Source: Microcoleus sp. (GTDB lineage Bacteria > Cyanobacteriota > Cyanobacteriia > Cyanobacteriales > Microcoleaceae). From it: DNA of 64,000 nucleotides. The DNA is taken from the NCBI GenBank assembly GCA_052279835.1, contig CP181291.1, forward strand, positions 5,952,001 to 6,016,000. The letters run 5' to 3'. Made by a program: the position numbers and the translations under genes. The notes beneath the pieces were generated by a model. It was not told where the DNA came from. It saw only the letters and a list, made by a program, of their open reading frames with translations, and made no database searches. Shown piece after piece: positions 1 to 10,031 of the stretch; position 1 is the stretch's first letter; every line of letters starts with the position of its first letter.

Positions 1-133
1 ACCCTTTAGCAACATTGCAGCCACCGTCAATACCTCGATCATATTCTTAATTGCTCAAACCCTCGCCCCCCATTGCTTATTCCTGATTCCTCACTCCGTT
101 ACCCACCCTAGTCGAAGGGCCATCTTTGTGCCC

Positions 134-844
134 TCAATAACGGCCGTATCGCGCGACAAATTGTTTGTCCCTATGTTGTTGGCCCATGGACCAAGCCCAC
201 ATCTGATCTCCCAAGGAAAAATGCCACCACTCGTGAGGATGCTGTCGAAAACCAGCAGCAATCATCGCATTTTTTAATCTTTGTCTCCGATTATGAAATG
301 CTTGTTCGGCTGGCTCATTACTGCTAGCAAAATAATCAGGATAAGAACGTTCTGATATTTCATCGATGGGAGAACCCATATCAATTGGCCCGTTTTGGCG
401 ATCGACTAAAGTCACATCTAAGGCTGCACCCGTACTATGGGGTGGCGGTGTAGCGCGATCGAGACTGGGCATCGCCCAAAATTGATACACTTGCTCTAGA
501 ATTACTTGTTTTTTGTCTTCGGAAACTGGCAATTCATAGCCTTGAGCTTTGGCAATTTCAGCTAAAGTAAAATCTACCATAAACTGCTGCACTTCCACTG
601 GTCTATAAGCATCAAATATCAGAATTCGCCAATCAGGATAATCTTGCTGCAACCGTTTTTGAGCCACCATCAAACAATCTATAACTCCTTGGCGTAGATA
701 GTAAGGAGAATCAACTTTGCTTTCCTGATAAGGAGCGCCTAATTTTTGATAAGGATGTGGCTGTTCCAAAGCAAATATGTCAGCAGGAATTGCCACTAAA
801 GCTTCTCCGCATTCATCGATCGCTATTTGCTGATATGGTTTCAT
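134..844 (-). CDS. ddpX: D-alanyl-D-alanine dipeptidase (M15D, VanX/DdpX family)
   Basis: DAYRP, PPHSTGAALDVT (SxHxxGxAxD-type) and EWWHF zinc-peptidase motifs. Confidence 0.85.
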   Translation of the reverse strand: MKPYQQIAIDECGEALVAIPADIFALEQPHPYQKLGAPYQESKVDSPYYLRQGVIDCLMVAQKRLQQDYPDWRILIFDAYRPVEVQQFMVDFTLAEIAKAQGYELPVSEDKKQVILEQVYQFWAMPSLDRATPPPHSTGAALDVTLVDRQNGPIDMGSPIDEISERSYPDYFASSNEPAEQAFHNRRQRLKNAMIAAGFRQHPHEWWHFSLGDQMWAWSMGQQHRDKQFVARYGRY

Positions 845-934
845 AAACTGAGGTATACCCTAAATTTTAAATTCAATCTTTTCTACTCAATATCCCAACT
901 CGCGAATCATTGGTGAGTGGAACCCGCATCCAAC

Positions 935-3289
935 TCACTCTTTTTTAGGAGCTAATTTAGGCAGACTGGTAGGGACTGGGGTAAAATTCAAATATTGATT
1001 TTTATCTGCCAGTACAGGTCCTTTTGATGCTTGATATTTTTTGGATTTACCAATATGATTAGCAACGGTTCCTAAACAAGGAATACCAAAGTTTTCTAAT
1101 TGAGCGAAAACTTTCTTCACTACAGAATGCTTAACCTTGAGAATTGATACCACCATCAGTATGCCATCTGTCCGTGCAGCCAAAAAATTAGCATCTTTAC
1201 TCTCAATCAGCGGTGGCGTATCGTAGATCACCAAGTCAAATATGCCATTAAATTCTGCCATTAAATACTGCATCTGAGACGAAGCCAGCAGTCTGGAAGT
1301 CCCCGGTTGAGGAATTCCCGCAGTTAGCACAAACAAATTATCCGCTACAGGCGATCGTTGAATCGCTTCCTTGAATTCAATTTTATTTTGCAACAAGTCG
1401 CTCAATCCCTTTGCATTTGGCAAATCTAACAGCAAATCAAGACTGGGATCGTGCAAATTCGCATCTACTAACAGCACTCGCTGACCTGCTAGCGCTGCCA
1501 CATGAGCTAAATTGAAAGCGATGATAGATTTGCCTTCCCCCGCCGTAGCCGAACCGATGACCAAAGAGGCGATCGCCCGATGGGAAGACAGAAAGCGAAT
1601 GTTAGTATAAAGAGAGTCAAATGCTTCTATAAATTCCGCAGCATTTTTTTTATACTTATTCTCCTTGTTTTCCAGAACCTCATAGGCATTTGCAATAGAG
1701 GGATAGAAATTTTTAGCAGTTTTGTTGACAGGAATTACACCCAACAAAGGGGAATCGACTGCATCTTTAACATCGTCAGCACCGTAAAATGTATTCTGTA
1801 TTTTTTCGATGATTATCGCCAGCACCAGACCCAAAACTAGGCCCCCAAGCACCCCCATCATTAATTTATTGGTATTTTTAGATGCCACAGGAATCATCTT
1901 CCCATCAGGATCTCGCGGTATTTGAGGCTCAGAAATTATTTCCCAAGGTACTTGGCTTTGAGCCGCTTGCACCCGTAGCGTTTCCCGTTGAGTCAAAAGT
2001 TGATCCCGCGTGCGCGCAGCTATATCTAGTTGCTGTTGCAGTTCGTTGTAGCGTCTGGCTACGGTAGGAAATTCTTTTGCTTGTCGATCCAAATTGTTTC
2101 TTGTCTGCGTAATCGCTTGATTGCGAGCCTCTAAAACTTGAACTTGGTTAGCAGTATCAACCAATTGCTTAATCAAGCCAATACGAATGGAATTCTGGAA
2201 ATTTTGAACTTTAGAATTTGCCTGAGTTCCTACTAAATTTTGACCCAAAATTCTGTCGGTTTGCTTATTTAGTAATGCTATTAAATTGGCCCGCTTCCGC
2301 TCTAAAGCTTCCACTATCGGATTCGCCGACTTAAACCGAGCTGTTTCTACCGCAATCTGACCTTCTACTTCCTTAACCTTTGTCAGCAGCTCTTTGTATT
2401 GAGGTTCTTCGCTTAAAGCTGACGCTGCAATAGCTTCGTTTGGTGTAAAATCCAATTGTTTTTGCAAATTTGCATACAGAATCTTCTGCTCTTCTAGCAG
2501 CCTTTGGGTTTCTAGTTGTAAGGTTTCTATATTCCGAACTTGCTGGATCAATTGCGCTCCTTGTTCTTTCGGATCTGCTATCCTTTGCTGCTGTTGGATA
2601 ATCTGCAACTCAGACTTTAAATCGTTGACGCGCTTATTAAGTCCTGGAAGCTGGTCTTCAATAAATTTCACACCTTCACCAATCCGACTTTTGCGTTCGT
2701 CAAGACTGTACTTTAAATATTTCTTTTTAGTTTCTTGTAAAACCAATTCCACTAACTTAGGATCTTGACCCAAGAATCTCACTTCCAAAATTTTAGTTTT
2801 ATTCAGTTCAGTTTCTCCCAGGCGCAATACTAGCAATCCTTTTTTGAGAATCTCTTCAGTAAATTTGGGATCTTGCTTTTTGACTTGTTTGGTAATTTCT
2901 GACAGCATTTGAGGACTCTGGAGAATTTCCAGTTGAGTTGCGTAATCGAGACTAAAAAAATCTCGACTCGGCACTCCACCTTCGCGATTCGCCAAAGCAG
3001 AGGGATCGGCAATCCTGGCTTCGGTTGTTACCGGTTCCACTAACATCCGAAAATCACCTTGATAGGTTTTCTTGCTACCTTTTATCTGGTAGACTATGCC
3101 ACCACTTGCTAGGGCTACAATCCCCATAATTATCAAGGCTTTCCGTTTAAAAGTCCTCAATAGCGGGGCTATATTCAAGGATTTTTGAGGCTTTTCGCCT
3201 GACTCTTCTCCTTCCTCGGCGGAGAATTGCTGCACTGGTCTGGTTTGGGTACTAATTTCTACGATATTAGGGTCTTGTTCTGTTTCCAT
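935..3289 (-). CDS. Polysaccharide co-polymerase / tyrosine kinase (GumC/Wzc family)
   Basis: Two TM segments around a long coiled-coil periplasmic region; C-terminal P-loop GEGKS, LLVDAN and VIYDTPP motifs. Confidence 0.9.
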   Translation of the reverse strand: METEQDPNIVEISTQTRPVQQFSAEEGEESGEKPQKSLNIAPLLRTFKRKALIIMGIVALASGGIVYQIKGSKKTYQGDFRMLVEPVTTEARIADPSALANREGGVPSRDFFSLDYATQLEILQSPQMLSEITKQVKKQDPKFTEEILKKGLLVLRLGETELNKTKILEVRFLGQDPKLVELVLQETKKKYLKYSLDERKSRIGEGVKFIEDQLPGLNKRVNDLKSELQIIQQQQRIADPKEQGAQLIQQVRNIETLQLETQRLLEEQKILYANLQKQLDFTPNEAIAASALSEEPQYKELLTKVKEVEGQIAVETARFKSANPIVEALERKRANLIALLNKQTDRILGQNLVGTQANSKVQNFQNSIRIGLIKQLVDTANQVQVLEARNQAITQTRNNLDRQAKEFPTVARRYNELQQQLDIAARTRDQLLTQRETLRVQAAQSQVPWEIISEPQIPRDPDGKMIPVASKNTNKLMMGVLGGLVLGLVLAIIIEKIQNTFYGADDVKDAVDSPLLGVIPVNKTAKNFYPSIANAYEVLENKENKYKKNAAEFIEAFDSLYTNIRFLSSHRAIASLVIGSATAGEGKSIIAFNLAHVAALAGQRVLLVDANLHDPSLDLLLDLPNAKGLSDLLQNKIEFKEAIQRSPVADNLFVLTAGIPQPGTSRLLASSQMQYLMAEFNGIFDLVIYDTPPLIESKDANFLAARTDGILMVVSILKVKHSVVKKVFAQLENFGIPCLGTVANHIGKSKKYQASKGPVLADKNQYLNFTPVPTSLPKLAPKKE

Positions 3290-3769
3290 GTTGACCTCTT
3301 TATATTTGGCTACTAAAAATAATCGCTTATGAGCATATTCCGATTGACAGTTTCACCCTTTACTTAACGATATCACAGGAGATTCTTGGTGTGTCAATGC
3401 CAATTACCTTACTTCTAATCATTATCACTGTTGACACATTGTACTGTTACTGATAGACAATAGGTCTCAAAAATATTTTAATTTTATCACAAAATAAATA
3501 CACCCCCTCCCAAAACTCCCAAATTCTTTGGTCCAGAGGTTGATGAGTGTGGTAACTCAACGGTAAATCACTCAATAATCTAGGGTAACATCAGGGCTTG
3601 AAGATTCTCGTTACTCTGGATTTGAGGAAGATGTATGGGGATTTTCATCGATCGCAAATGTAGATGTTGAAGTCTAACCCCCTGGAAGGTAGAATAGTCC
3701 AGTGTTTTAAAATTTTAAGTTGAGAGTTGAAATTTAATTGCCCTACCAGGAAAACTCGACTTCAATATC

Positions 3770-4432
3770 CTAAGATTGGCGGTAAGCAACTACAGCATAA
3801 AAAGGATCGCCACTTCCTATTCCCAGCATTTTCATGAAACTCGGCAAACTGGACTGCTTAGAAATTATTTCCGGTTTGCTAAATCCGGGTATACTCGCTC
3901 CTTTGACAGCATCAAAGTAACTCTTGACCAATTCTACCCGATCGCCCTCCGAACCTTCCCGCCAAGCCGCAATTGCTTTTTGATAAAACATCCGGTTAGA
4001 AAAGCTGATAATTGCCACACCACCCGGTTTCAAAATACGGTGGATCTCGGCAAAAATCAGATCCGGGTGTTGCAAATACTGTACCGAAACGCAGTTAATC
4101 ACAGCATCAAACTCGGCATCCGCTAGCGGTAATTGAGGATTTGCGTTCAAATTCTGGACAAAATAATGGTTGAGTCTCGAATTTTTAGCCAACTCTTCTT
4201 GATTCATGCCGTGCCCCTCCACATGGGCAAACTCGATGTCATCTGGCAAGTGAGAAACCCAACTACTCATCATATCGAATATCCGAGTATGCGGTTTCAA
4301 CCGCTCCCGATACAAATCCGTTAATTGCTGAATAAATCCCTCGTCAACATGAGTCACAAACCGGGGATAAGCATAGAACAAGTTGTCGTCGGTGTCGTCT
4401 AACTTGGTTCGTCGATCGTCTGGAAGTAACAT
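3770..4432 (-). CDS. Class I SAM-dependent methyltransferase
   Basis: FYAYPRFVTHVD, DMMSSWVSH and EIHRILKPGG motifs typical of a cyanobacterial/plant Methyltransf_11 group. Confidence 0.85.
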   Translation of the reverse strand: MLLPDDRRTKLDDTDDNLFYAYPRFVTHVDEGFIQQLTDLYRERLKPHTRIFDMMSSWVSHLPDDIEFAHVEGHGMNQEELAKNSRLNHYFVQNLNANPQLPLADAEFDAVINCVSVQYLQHPDLIFAEIHRILKPGGVAIISFSNRMFYQKAIAAWREGSEGDRVELVKSYFDAVKGASIPGFSKPEIISKQSSLPSFMKMLGIGSGDPFYAVVAYRQS

Positions 4433-4544
4433 ATATTCAGATATCAGGAAGAATGAAGAATGCAGAATGCTTTTGGGTAAAAGCGATCGAGAAGCACTTA
4501 AATGTGGAAAAGGTTGCTACATCAACAAGCTAGCTCGTTTGCGA

Positions 4545-5258
4545 TCATTTCAACCAAGCCCGATGAGCCATCAAAGCCGAAAAAGGCTGCACGCCCCGCA
4601 ACTGATTAGACAGCGGCAAATGACCCCTAGGGGCGCTCAAATCCCAAATAAACTCTTGGGGATACCTAGTCCAATTATTCCCCTTCTTCCAGCCAATTAG
4701 CGGCCACAACTTATCCCAATTTTTACCCGAACTTAGCCAAATTTCCCGTTGCACCGAAAAGCCGAATTTGCCTTCAGAATGAACCTTCCACAGTGTATTG
4801 ATTGTTTGTAAATCTGCCACGGGCAAACTTTCCACCTGGGTAAAATACAGCCACTTTCTCGCCGAAGCTGTTTCCCCCGCCAATTCACAAAGTTTATCTA
4901 AAGTCAAGCGATCGGCTTCTTGAAATTCCTGTAGGGCCAATAATTGTTGCAGTGGAGTGTAATCAATATTCGAGTCCGATCGCAGTGGCACAACCCCTGT
5001 GGGAAAATGCACTTGCAAAAACTCCGTCGCTTTCGGAGAATTAGCACTATACAAAATTTGGTAAGCCTTACCCATTACTGCCGTCGGTTCATCCGACTTG
5101 CGCTCTAATAAAAATTCCATCAATACATCCCAACTGGAATCTGCCATCTGTTGCAGAAATTGCAGTTGAGTTTTTTCCGAACCCGACCTCAACAGAGAGC
5201 GGAGTTCGGCTGATACAGCCGCCGAGTCTAATGGAGAAGTAGAAATCGAGTCAGTCAT
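4545..5258 (-). CDS. gun4: GUN4 (Ycf53) porphyrin-binding Mg-chelatase activator
   Basis: LWKVHSEGKFGFSVQREIW, WTRYP and APRGHLPLSNQLRG motifs; ATG at 5258 preferred over TTG at 5267. Confidence 0.9.
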   Translation of the reverse strand: MTDSISTSPLDSAAVSAELRSLLRSGSEKTQLQFLQQMADSSWDVLMEFLLERKSDEPTAVMGKAYQILYSANSPKATEFLQVHFPTGVVPLRSDSNIDYTPLQQLLALQEFQEADRLTLDKLCELAGETASARKWLYFTQVESLPVADLQTINTLWKVHSEGKFGFSVQREIWLSSGKNWDKLWPLIGWKKGNNWTRYPQEFIWDLSAPRGHLPLSNQLRGVQPFSALMAHRAWLK

Positions 5259-5266
5259 GAGAAACA

Positions 5267-5295
5267 ATCAGCTATCAGCTATCAGCTATTAGCTG
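5267..5295. repeat. Short tandem heptamer repeat (ATCAGCT)n, STRR-type
   Basis: atcagctatcagctatcagctattagct. Confidence 0.8.
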
Positions 5296-5475
5296 AAGCC
5301 CTGGTTTTTCCCCATTGTACAATGGTACTGACTCCGATTCACTTCTATCTGTTGGGATGTCCCCGCCCAAAAGGGGGAGGAACATCAGAGTTCCCCCACA
5401 GTCATCAGGAATGGGAACCAACAAAAATAAATTGAGGAGCGGCATCTGACGATCCGATTTAACTTACACCCCCGG

Positions 5476-5524
5476 GAAGTCCCCCACCATACCTGGTACT
5501 CCAGGTGAGCGGTGAGTAGCTCAC
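5476..5524 (+). mobile_element. Possible orphan IS200/IS605 right-end remnant
   Basis: gaagtcccccacc...acctgg-ta-ct-ccaggt...cggtgagtagctcac; shares cggtgagta and the TCA(A/C) terminus with the IS605 right ends at 46416 and 51388. Confidence 0.4.
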
Positions 5525-5540
5525 AACAGTTTTCTAGAGC

Positions 5541-6113
5541 CTAATCGTCCACTACCGAAGCCCAGGCAGAGAACGAAGGCGGAAAATAGTTGATATCATA
5601 TCCCGCAAGTTCCCACTCTTTCACCCACAGAGGCACCACCCCAGGGCAGGGAGTAGCCGAAAATTGACGTTCCTTAACCTCGATCGAATGAAATAACTGT
5701 TTTAAAGTATCTCCCCGATCCAAAGCTTCGCTGAGGATATCATCCAAATCAGGATCGACTCGCTTAACCCGGTTGTTATCCTCTTCAGTCCACAGCAGTT
5801 TCAAAGACTTCAAATCCCTAGGACTGAGGATGCTCTTGTAATACACCCGCTTCAGGGCAGCTACAGGCTCCAAACTGCGTTCGATCCGGCGAATTTGCTC
5901 AACTCGCAGGTAATGCCATTGGGCCAAAAGCTTCCGTTCCGATGGCGGGAGTACCCCCTTACCGCTAGCGTGTTGATAGTCATACTTCACCAAACTGCAA
6001 GCCATATTCGCCAGCAAGTGAATCAGCTCTTTTTCTTTGGGTGTAGCTTGACGCCGTTCCTGGGTTCTTGTCAATACCCGCTGTCTGCGAGTAGTCACGA
6101 GTGTGTTTTCCAT
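5541..6113 (-). CDS. Hypothetical protein (no recognised family)
   Basis: 190-aa ATG ORF, no recognisable motif. Confidence 0.6.
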   Translation of the reverse strand: MENTLVTTRRQRVLTRTQERRQATPKEKELIHLLANMACSLVKYDYQHASGKGVLPPSERKLLAQWHYLRVEQIRRIERSLEPVAALKRVYYKSILSPRDLKSLKLLWTEEDNNRVKRVDPDLDDILSEALDRGDTLKQLFHSIEVKERQFSATPCPGVVPLWVKEWELAGYDINYFPPSFSAWASVVDD

Positions 6114-6338
6114 TGGGTTTTTATGAACTTAAATAGGATCGAAGCCTGCATCTGATTGGCCAGAAAATCAGAAGCTAGCTCAGTTGAGAGATGGGGAAGA
6201 TCTATCCCAAGACTGGCCTCATCTTTTTATTTTCCCACTCACATCTGGAATTTAGGTAGACTGAGAGCAGGATGAAGTCTCAACCGCTTCCCACAGGTAC
6301 TACAGGACAACAGCCATAACCTCATCCCTTAGAAGTTC

Positions 6339-6698
6339 CTATCCTTTTCCTGTTTTTACCTCTTCTTGCTCCCCATCCTCATTCGTTCCAGTGTAATGGA
6401 AGTCGGGATAACTCTCCAAAGCCCCACCACTGCGAACAAATTTTCCAGCAGCAGCAAGACCAGCCACACTGGGGCTACCTAGATCGAATACGCCTAAAAC
6501 TAAGATGCTGTATTTCATTTTCGATGACCCTGATTTGCGTAGATTGACACTTGTTGGCAACTCCAACCAGTCAGAAGTGGGTTGATGCAATAGCCCACTT
6601 GCCTTTGGAGAAATCTGCCTGTCATAATCAATTCAGACAGGCACACCCTGAGCGATCGGTCGCGCCGGAAGTGACGTGTTAGTAGTATCCACGATCAT
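6339..6698 (-). pseudogene. Possible hypothetical gene interrupted by an in-frame TGA
   Basis: ATG at 6698 reads MIVDTTNTSLPARPIAQGVPV*IDYDRQ... in the same frame as the 6339..6590 ORF; stop at 6635-6633. Confidence 0.35.
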
Positions 6699-6729
6699 CC
6701 ACCAACCCGAATATTTTGGGTAGTGGAGC

Positions 6730-6809
6730 TTATGCCATCAGGGCCACGATCTATCAGGGAGTTATGCCATCAGGGTGCTAATCCATCGGGTAGTTAATCC
6801 ATCAGGGCG
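6730..6809. repeat. Five tandem 16-bp imperfect repeats (core CCATCAGGG)
   Basis: ttatgccatcagggcc / acgatctatcagggag / ttatgccatcagggtg / ctaatccatcgggtag / ttaatccatcagggcg. Confidence 0.85.
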
Positions 6810-6891
6810 CATCTTTTACCTGCATGAAATTTCATGCGATCTAAGTCAACTTAAAAAAACGCAGATTAACGATATCTCCCACTCAAGCAGT

Positions 6892-6916
6892 CCTCAGCAA
6901 AAAGCTGGGGTTTTTT
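6892..6916 (+). terminator. Rho-independent terminator-like hairpin
   Basis: cctcagc-aaaaa-gctgggg followed by tttttt. Confidence 0.65.
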
Positions 6917-7345
6917 ATTGCCAGCTATGACTGAGCCAGTATTTTCCGTAGAAAGGTACTGGGCCTGAAGGCCTAGCTAGCTGAAGACAGGAACTTAAAG
7001 GTTATAAGTTTCCCCGATCGCATTATACCACCGAGTGAATTTTAAAGTATTATTGTAAAACAATGTAAACACACAGTCTAAATACAAAGCTATGTGGGGA
7101 TTCTCGATCGCGTCCCAGTAAAAATTAACATACTTATAATGTCAACCAGTATAAATAACCACAACGGGTCGGACGACGATCGCTCCATGGGAAGATTTCC
7201 TATTGCAAAGATACAGTAAAGATTGAAAATAACCACGATAATTAGTAGATAATGGAGTAATAGAAACCCAAAGTTTCAACTAAATCAACTGGCAAATAAC
7301 GGAAATTTGTAACCCTTCAATCGGACAAAATAGAGGTGAACCGTC

Positions 7346-9997
7346 TTGATCGATCAGCAGGTGACAACCGAAATAAACACAACTTATCAATATCAAGTAG
7401 GAGGATATCTCCCCGTCAGCGCCCCCACCTATGTCAAGCGGCCGGCAGACGAAGAACTCTACAAACAACTCCTAGACAGGAACTTCTGCTATGTCCTCAG
7501 TCCGCCACAAACCGGAAAGTCCAGCCTACTGCTGCAAACCGGGAAAAAACTGCAAGCAGAAGGTACATTCATTGCAGCAGTTAACTTGAAAAGCATCAGC
7601 CATCCCAATATCACCCCCCAAAAGTGGTATCGGGGAATTATGTATCGCATAGCCAGCAGTTTTAACCTCACAAATAGGTTTGATGCTCTCAAATGGTGGA
7701 ACGACCGCGAACTACTCTCACCGGTACAGCGATTAGAGATATTTATCGAAAAAGTTCTGTTAAAATCACTTAAAAATCAACAAAACATCGTAATTCTCCT
7801 CGATGACATAGACAGTATTAACAACTTAAATTTCAGTGCCAAAGATTTTTTGGCTTTAATTCTCAATTGTTATTCTAAGCGAAGCACTCAACAGGACTAC
7901 GAGCGTATTACTTTTGCCATGATGGGAGTAACCATACCCTCAGAATTAATCGAAGACACCAAGTGCAACCCGTTTAACATAGCACGATCAATTCATTTAG
8001 ACCGATTGGAATTACACGAAAGTTTCCCCCTCGCCAAAGGATTAGCAGTCAAAGCATTTCGACCTCAAAAAGTGCTCCAAGCCATATTAGATTGGACAGG
8101 TGGTCAACCGTTTTTGACTCAAAAAATTTGCAGCTTGGTAGCTGAGTATGGATCTTTCATTGGCAGAAATTGCGAACTAAAAGAAATTGAAAAATTAGCG
8201 AAAATTAGAATTATAAAAAACTGGGAAGATTGGGACAAGCCAGAACATTTAACAGCAATTCGCCGAGGCATTTTCCAGAGTTCCTGCGACAGCAGTCGAT
8301 TGTTAGGGTTATACCAGCAAATTTTGCAAACCCCCGCTTCGGAAAAATTAGGGGAAACCGAGGGAGTAGCTGCGGATTCATCTCCCGAACAAATCGAATT
8401 ACAAAAATTAGGGTTGGTTGTCAAAGATTCTCGGAATAAACTAAGAGTAGCCAACCGGATTTATGAATCAGTATTCAATATTTTTTGGGTAGAAAAAGAA
8501 TTGGGGAATCTGGCTCCCTACAAAGCATCACTCACAGCATGGCTGGCTTCCGAACGTCAAGATAAGTCCCAATTATTGACGGGAAAAAGTTGGCAAGCTG
8601 CCTTAGATTGGGCCGCCAATAAAAAACTCGGTCCAGAACACTATAGCTTCTTACATCCCGATCGAGATTTACCGGAAAAACCAGCAGTGGTTTTGGCACC
8701 AATTTCCGAAACTATTACAGACAGTAGTCTTGTCAACCCAGCACCCTTAGAGACTGTTCCAGCTAGCCGCGACGAACAGAAACTGTACAACCACATAATC
8801 TCCTGCGTCCAAACAGAATCGCCGGTACAGGTGATAGAGCGTTTCCGGCAGCTATTTATAGATGGTATGGGCTATCCCGATCCAGACATAGAAGCAACTT
8901 TGTATAGTATAGTCTCTCTAAAGCGATCGGAACAGGAGTTTAAATACATCCTCCACCGCTGCTGTTACATCCCCATCAACCGATGGCAATTGAATTCCCA
9001 ATACAAATTGGCGATCGCCAATTTGGTAGGTCTATTTAAGCAAACTTCACCCAGATTTGGGATGGATTTTTACATAGTCAAGTGCTTGCAGCGTCAAATA
9101 GATTTATTTACTAAAAGTGAAGAATTTGTCAATTTAGAACGCTTGGTAAAAGCTGTAGAACTAGGCTCGGAACTTCAGCAAAAACAGACTCACACTACCT
9201 TGGGAGAAATAATTTTTCGATATCCTTATTTATACGGTTATTCTCTGTTGAGCAAGGAAAGTATTGCAGAAGAACAGCAAACTATCCAACGACTGCAATC
9301 TCAAAGGCAACAGCAATTTGAAACCGACTTATCTCTTTATTTAAACTATTTAGTTGCGCCGGGACAGACTGAAATTGGGATTGTAAACCCCGCCCCCAAT
9401 CCCACGCTTTTGAACGATGCAGAATTACATTTAGCCGTCCGGGAATTTGCTGGAAAGGTGAGTGACGACCGCACTTACAAAGAGTCGGCTCAGTTATTCT
9501 TAAGACAGGCCAGAAATACTCGCTCCTATCAATCATTTAAAGTTGATTTGTATGAATATTTAATCTCAGCGGTGGAACCTGAATACGGCCGGCGTCAATT
9601 CAGCGGTCGTTTGTACAAATACATCAAAAACACCCTCCGTGAAAATGATTCTGTGAAGTTAAATAATTTGTTATTAGTTCAGACTTGTCATGAATTATTC
9701 AATTTTTTAGTAGTGGCAAACGAACACCATCCCAGTCACTACATTTTTTATGACTTAGTTTACAATCTCGGTCCCAGCAGAACCATGGGTTTACTGCTGA
9801 AATTGGTACTGCTTTCTGGTAAAGCTAAACCTGATTTGGAAAAGCGATTTTCTATTTTATTCAATCACTATGAAGGGAAAGGCGCTGATGAAATCCTGTG
9901 GTTTATCAAATCTTTGGAAAACTTAAATGTCGCTTTTGTGGTGAATTTTGGGAAACCAGATTTGTCTGTCGTTAAACGGAATTTGATTTTGAATTGA
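7346..9997 (+). CDS. AAA-like (AAA_35) NTPase fused to an uncharacterised C-terminal helical domain
   Basis: YQVGG..TYVKRPADEELY, Walker A PPQTGKSSL, Walker B ILLDDID, WTGGQPFLTQ, NRIYESVF. Confidence 0.8.
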   Translation: MIDQQVTTEINTTYQYQVGGYLPVSAPTYVKRPADEELYKQLLDRNFCYVLSPPQTGKSSLLLQTGKKLQAEGTFIAAVNLKSISHPNITPQKWYRGIMYRIASSFNLTNRFDALKWWNDRELLSPVQRLEIFIEKVLLKSLKNQQNIVILLDDIDSINNLNFSAKDFLALILNCYSKRSTQQDYERITFAMMGVTIPSELIEDTKCNPFNIARSIHLDRLELHESFPLAKGLAVKAFRPQKVLQAILDWTGGQPFLTQKICSLVAEYGSFIGRNCELKEIEKLAKIRIIKNWEDWDKPEHLTAIRRGIFQSSCDSSRLLGLYQQILQTPASEKLGETEGVAADSSPEQIELQKLGLVVKDSRNKLRVANRIYESVFNIFWVEKELGNLAPYKASLTAWLASERQDKSQLLTGKSWQAALDWAANKKLGPEHYSFLHPDRDLPEKPAVVLAPISETITDSSLVNPAPLETVPASRDEQKLYNHIISCVQTESPVQVIERFRQLFIDGMGYPDPDIEATLYSIVSLKRSEQEFKYILHRCCYIPINRWQLNSQYKLAIANLVGLFKQTSPRFGMDFYIVKCLQRQIDLFTKSEEFVNLERLVKAVELGSELQQKQTHTTLGEIIFRYPYLYGYSLLSKESIAEEQQTIQRLQSQRQQQFETDLSLYLNYLVAPGQTEIGIVNPAPNPTLLNDAELHLAVREFAGKVSDDRTYKESAQLFLRQARNTRSYQSFKVDLYEYLISAVEPEYGRRQFSGRLYKYIKNTLRENDSVKLNNLLLVQTCHELFNFLVVANEHHPSHYIFYDLVYNLGPSRTMGLLLKLVLLSGKAKPDLEKRFSILFNHYEGKGADEILWFIKSLENLNVAFVVNFGKPDLSVVKRNLILN

Positions 9998-10031
9998 AAT
10001 AACGGTATATTGAGTCGTTTTATACAGATTT

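Noticed and set aside
1..42. Start of a minus-strand CDS running off the window (MIEVLTVAAMLLKG)
   Set aside because: Only 14 codons are visible, too little to call.
6730..6809. CRISPR array
   Set aside because: Units are contiguous 16-mers with no unique spacers, and there are no cas genes in the window.
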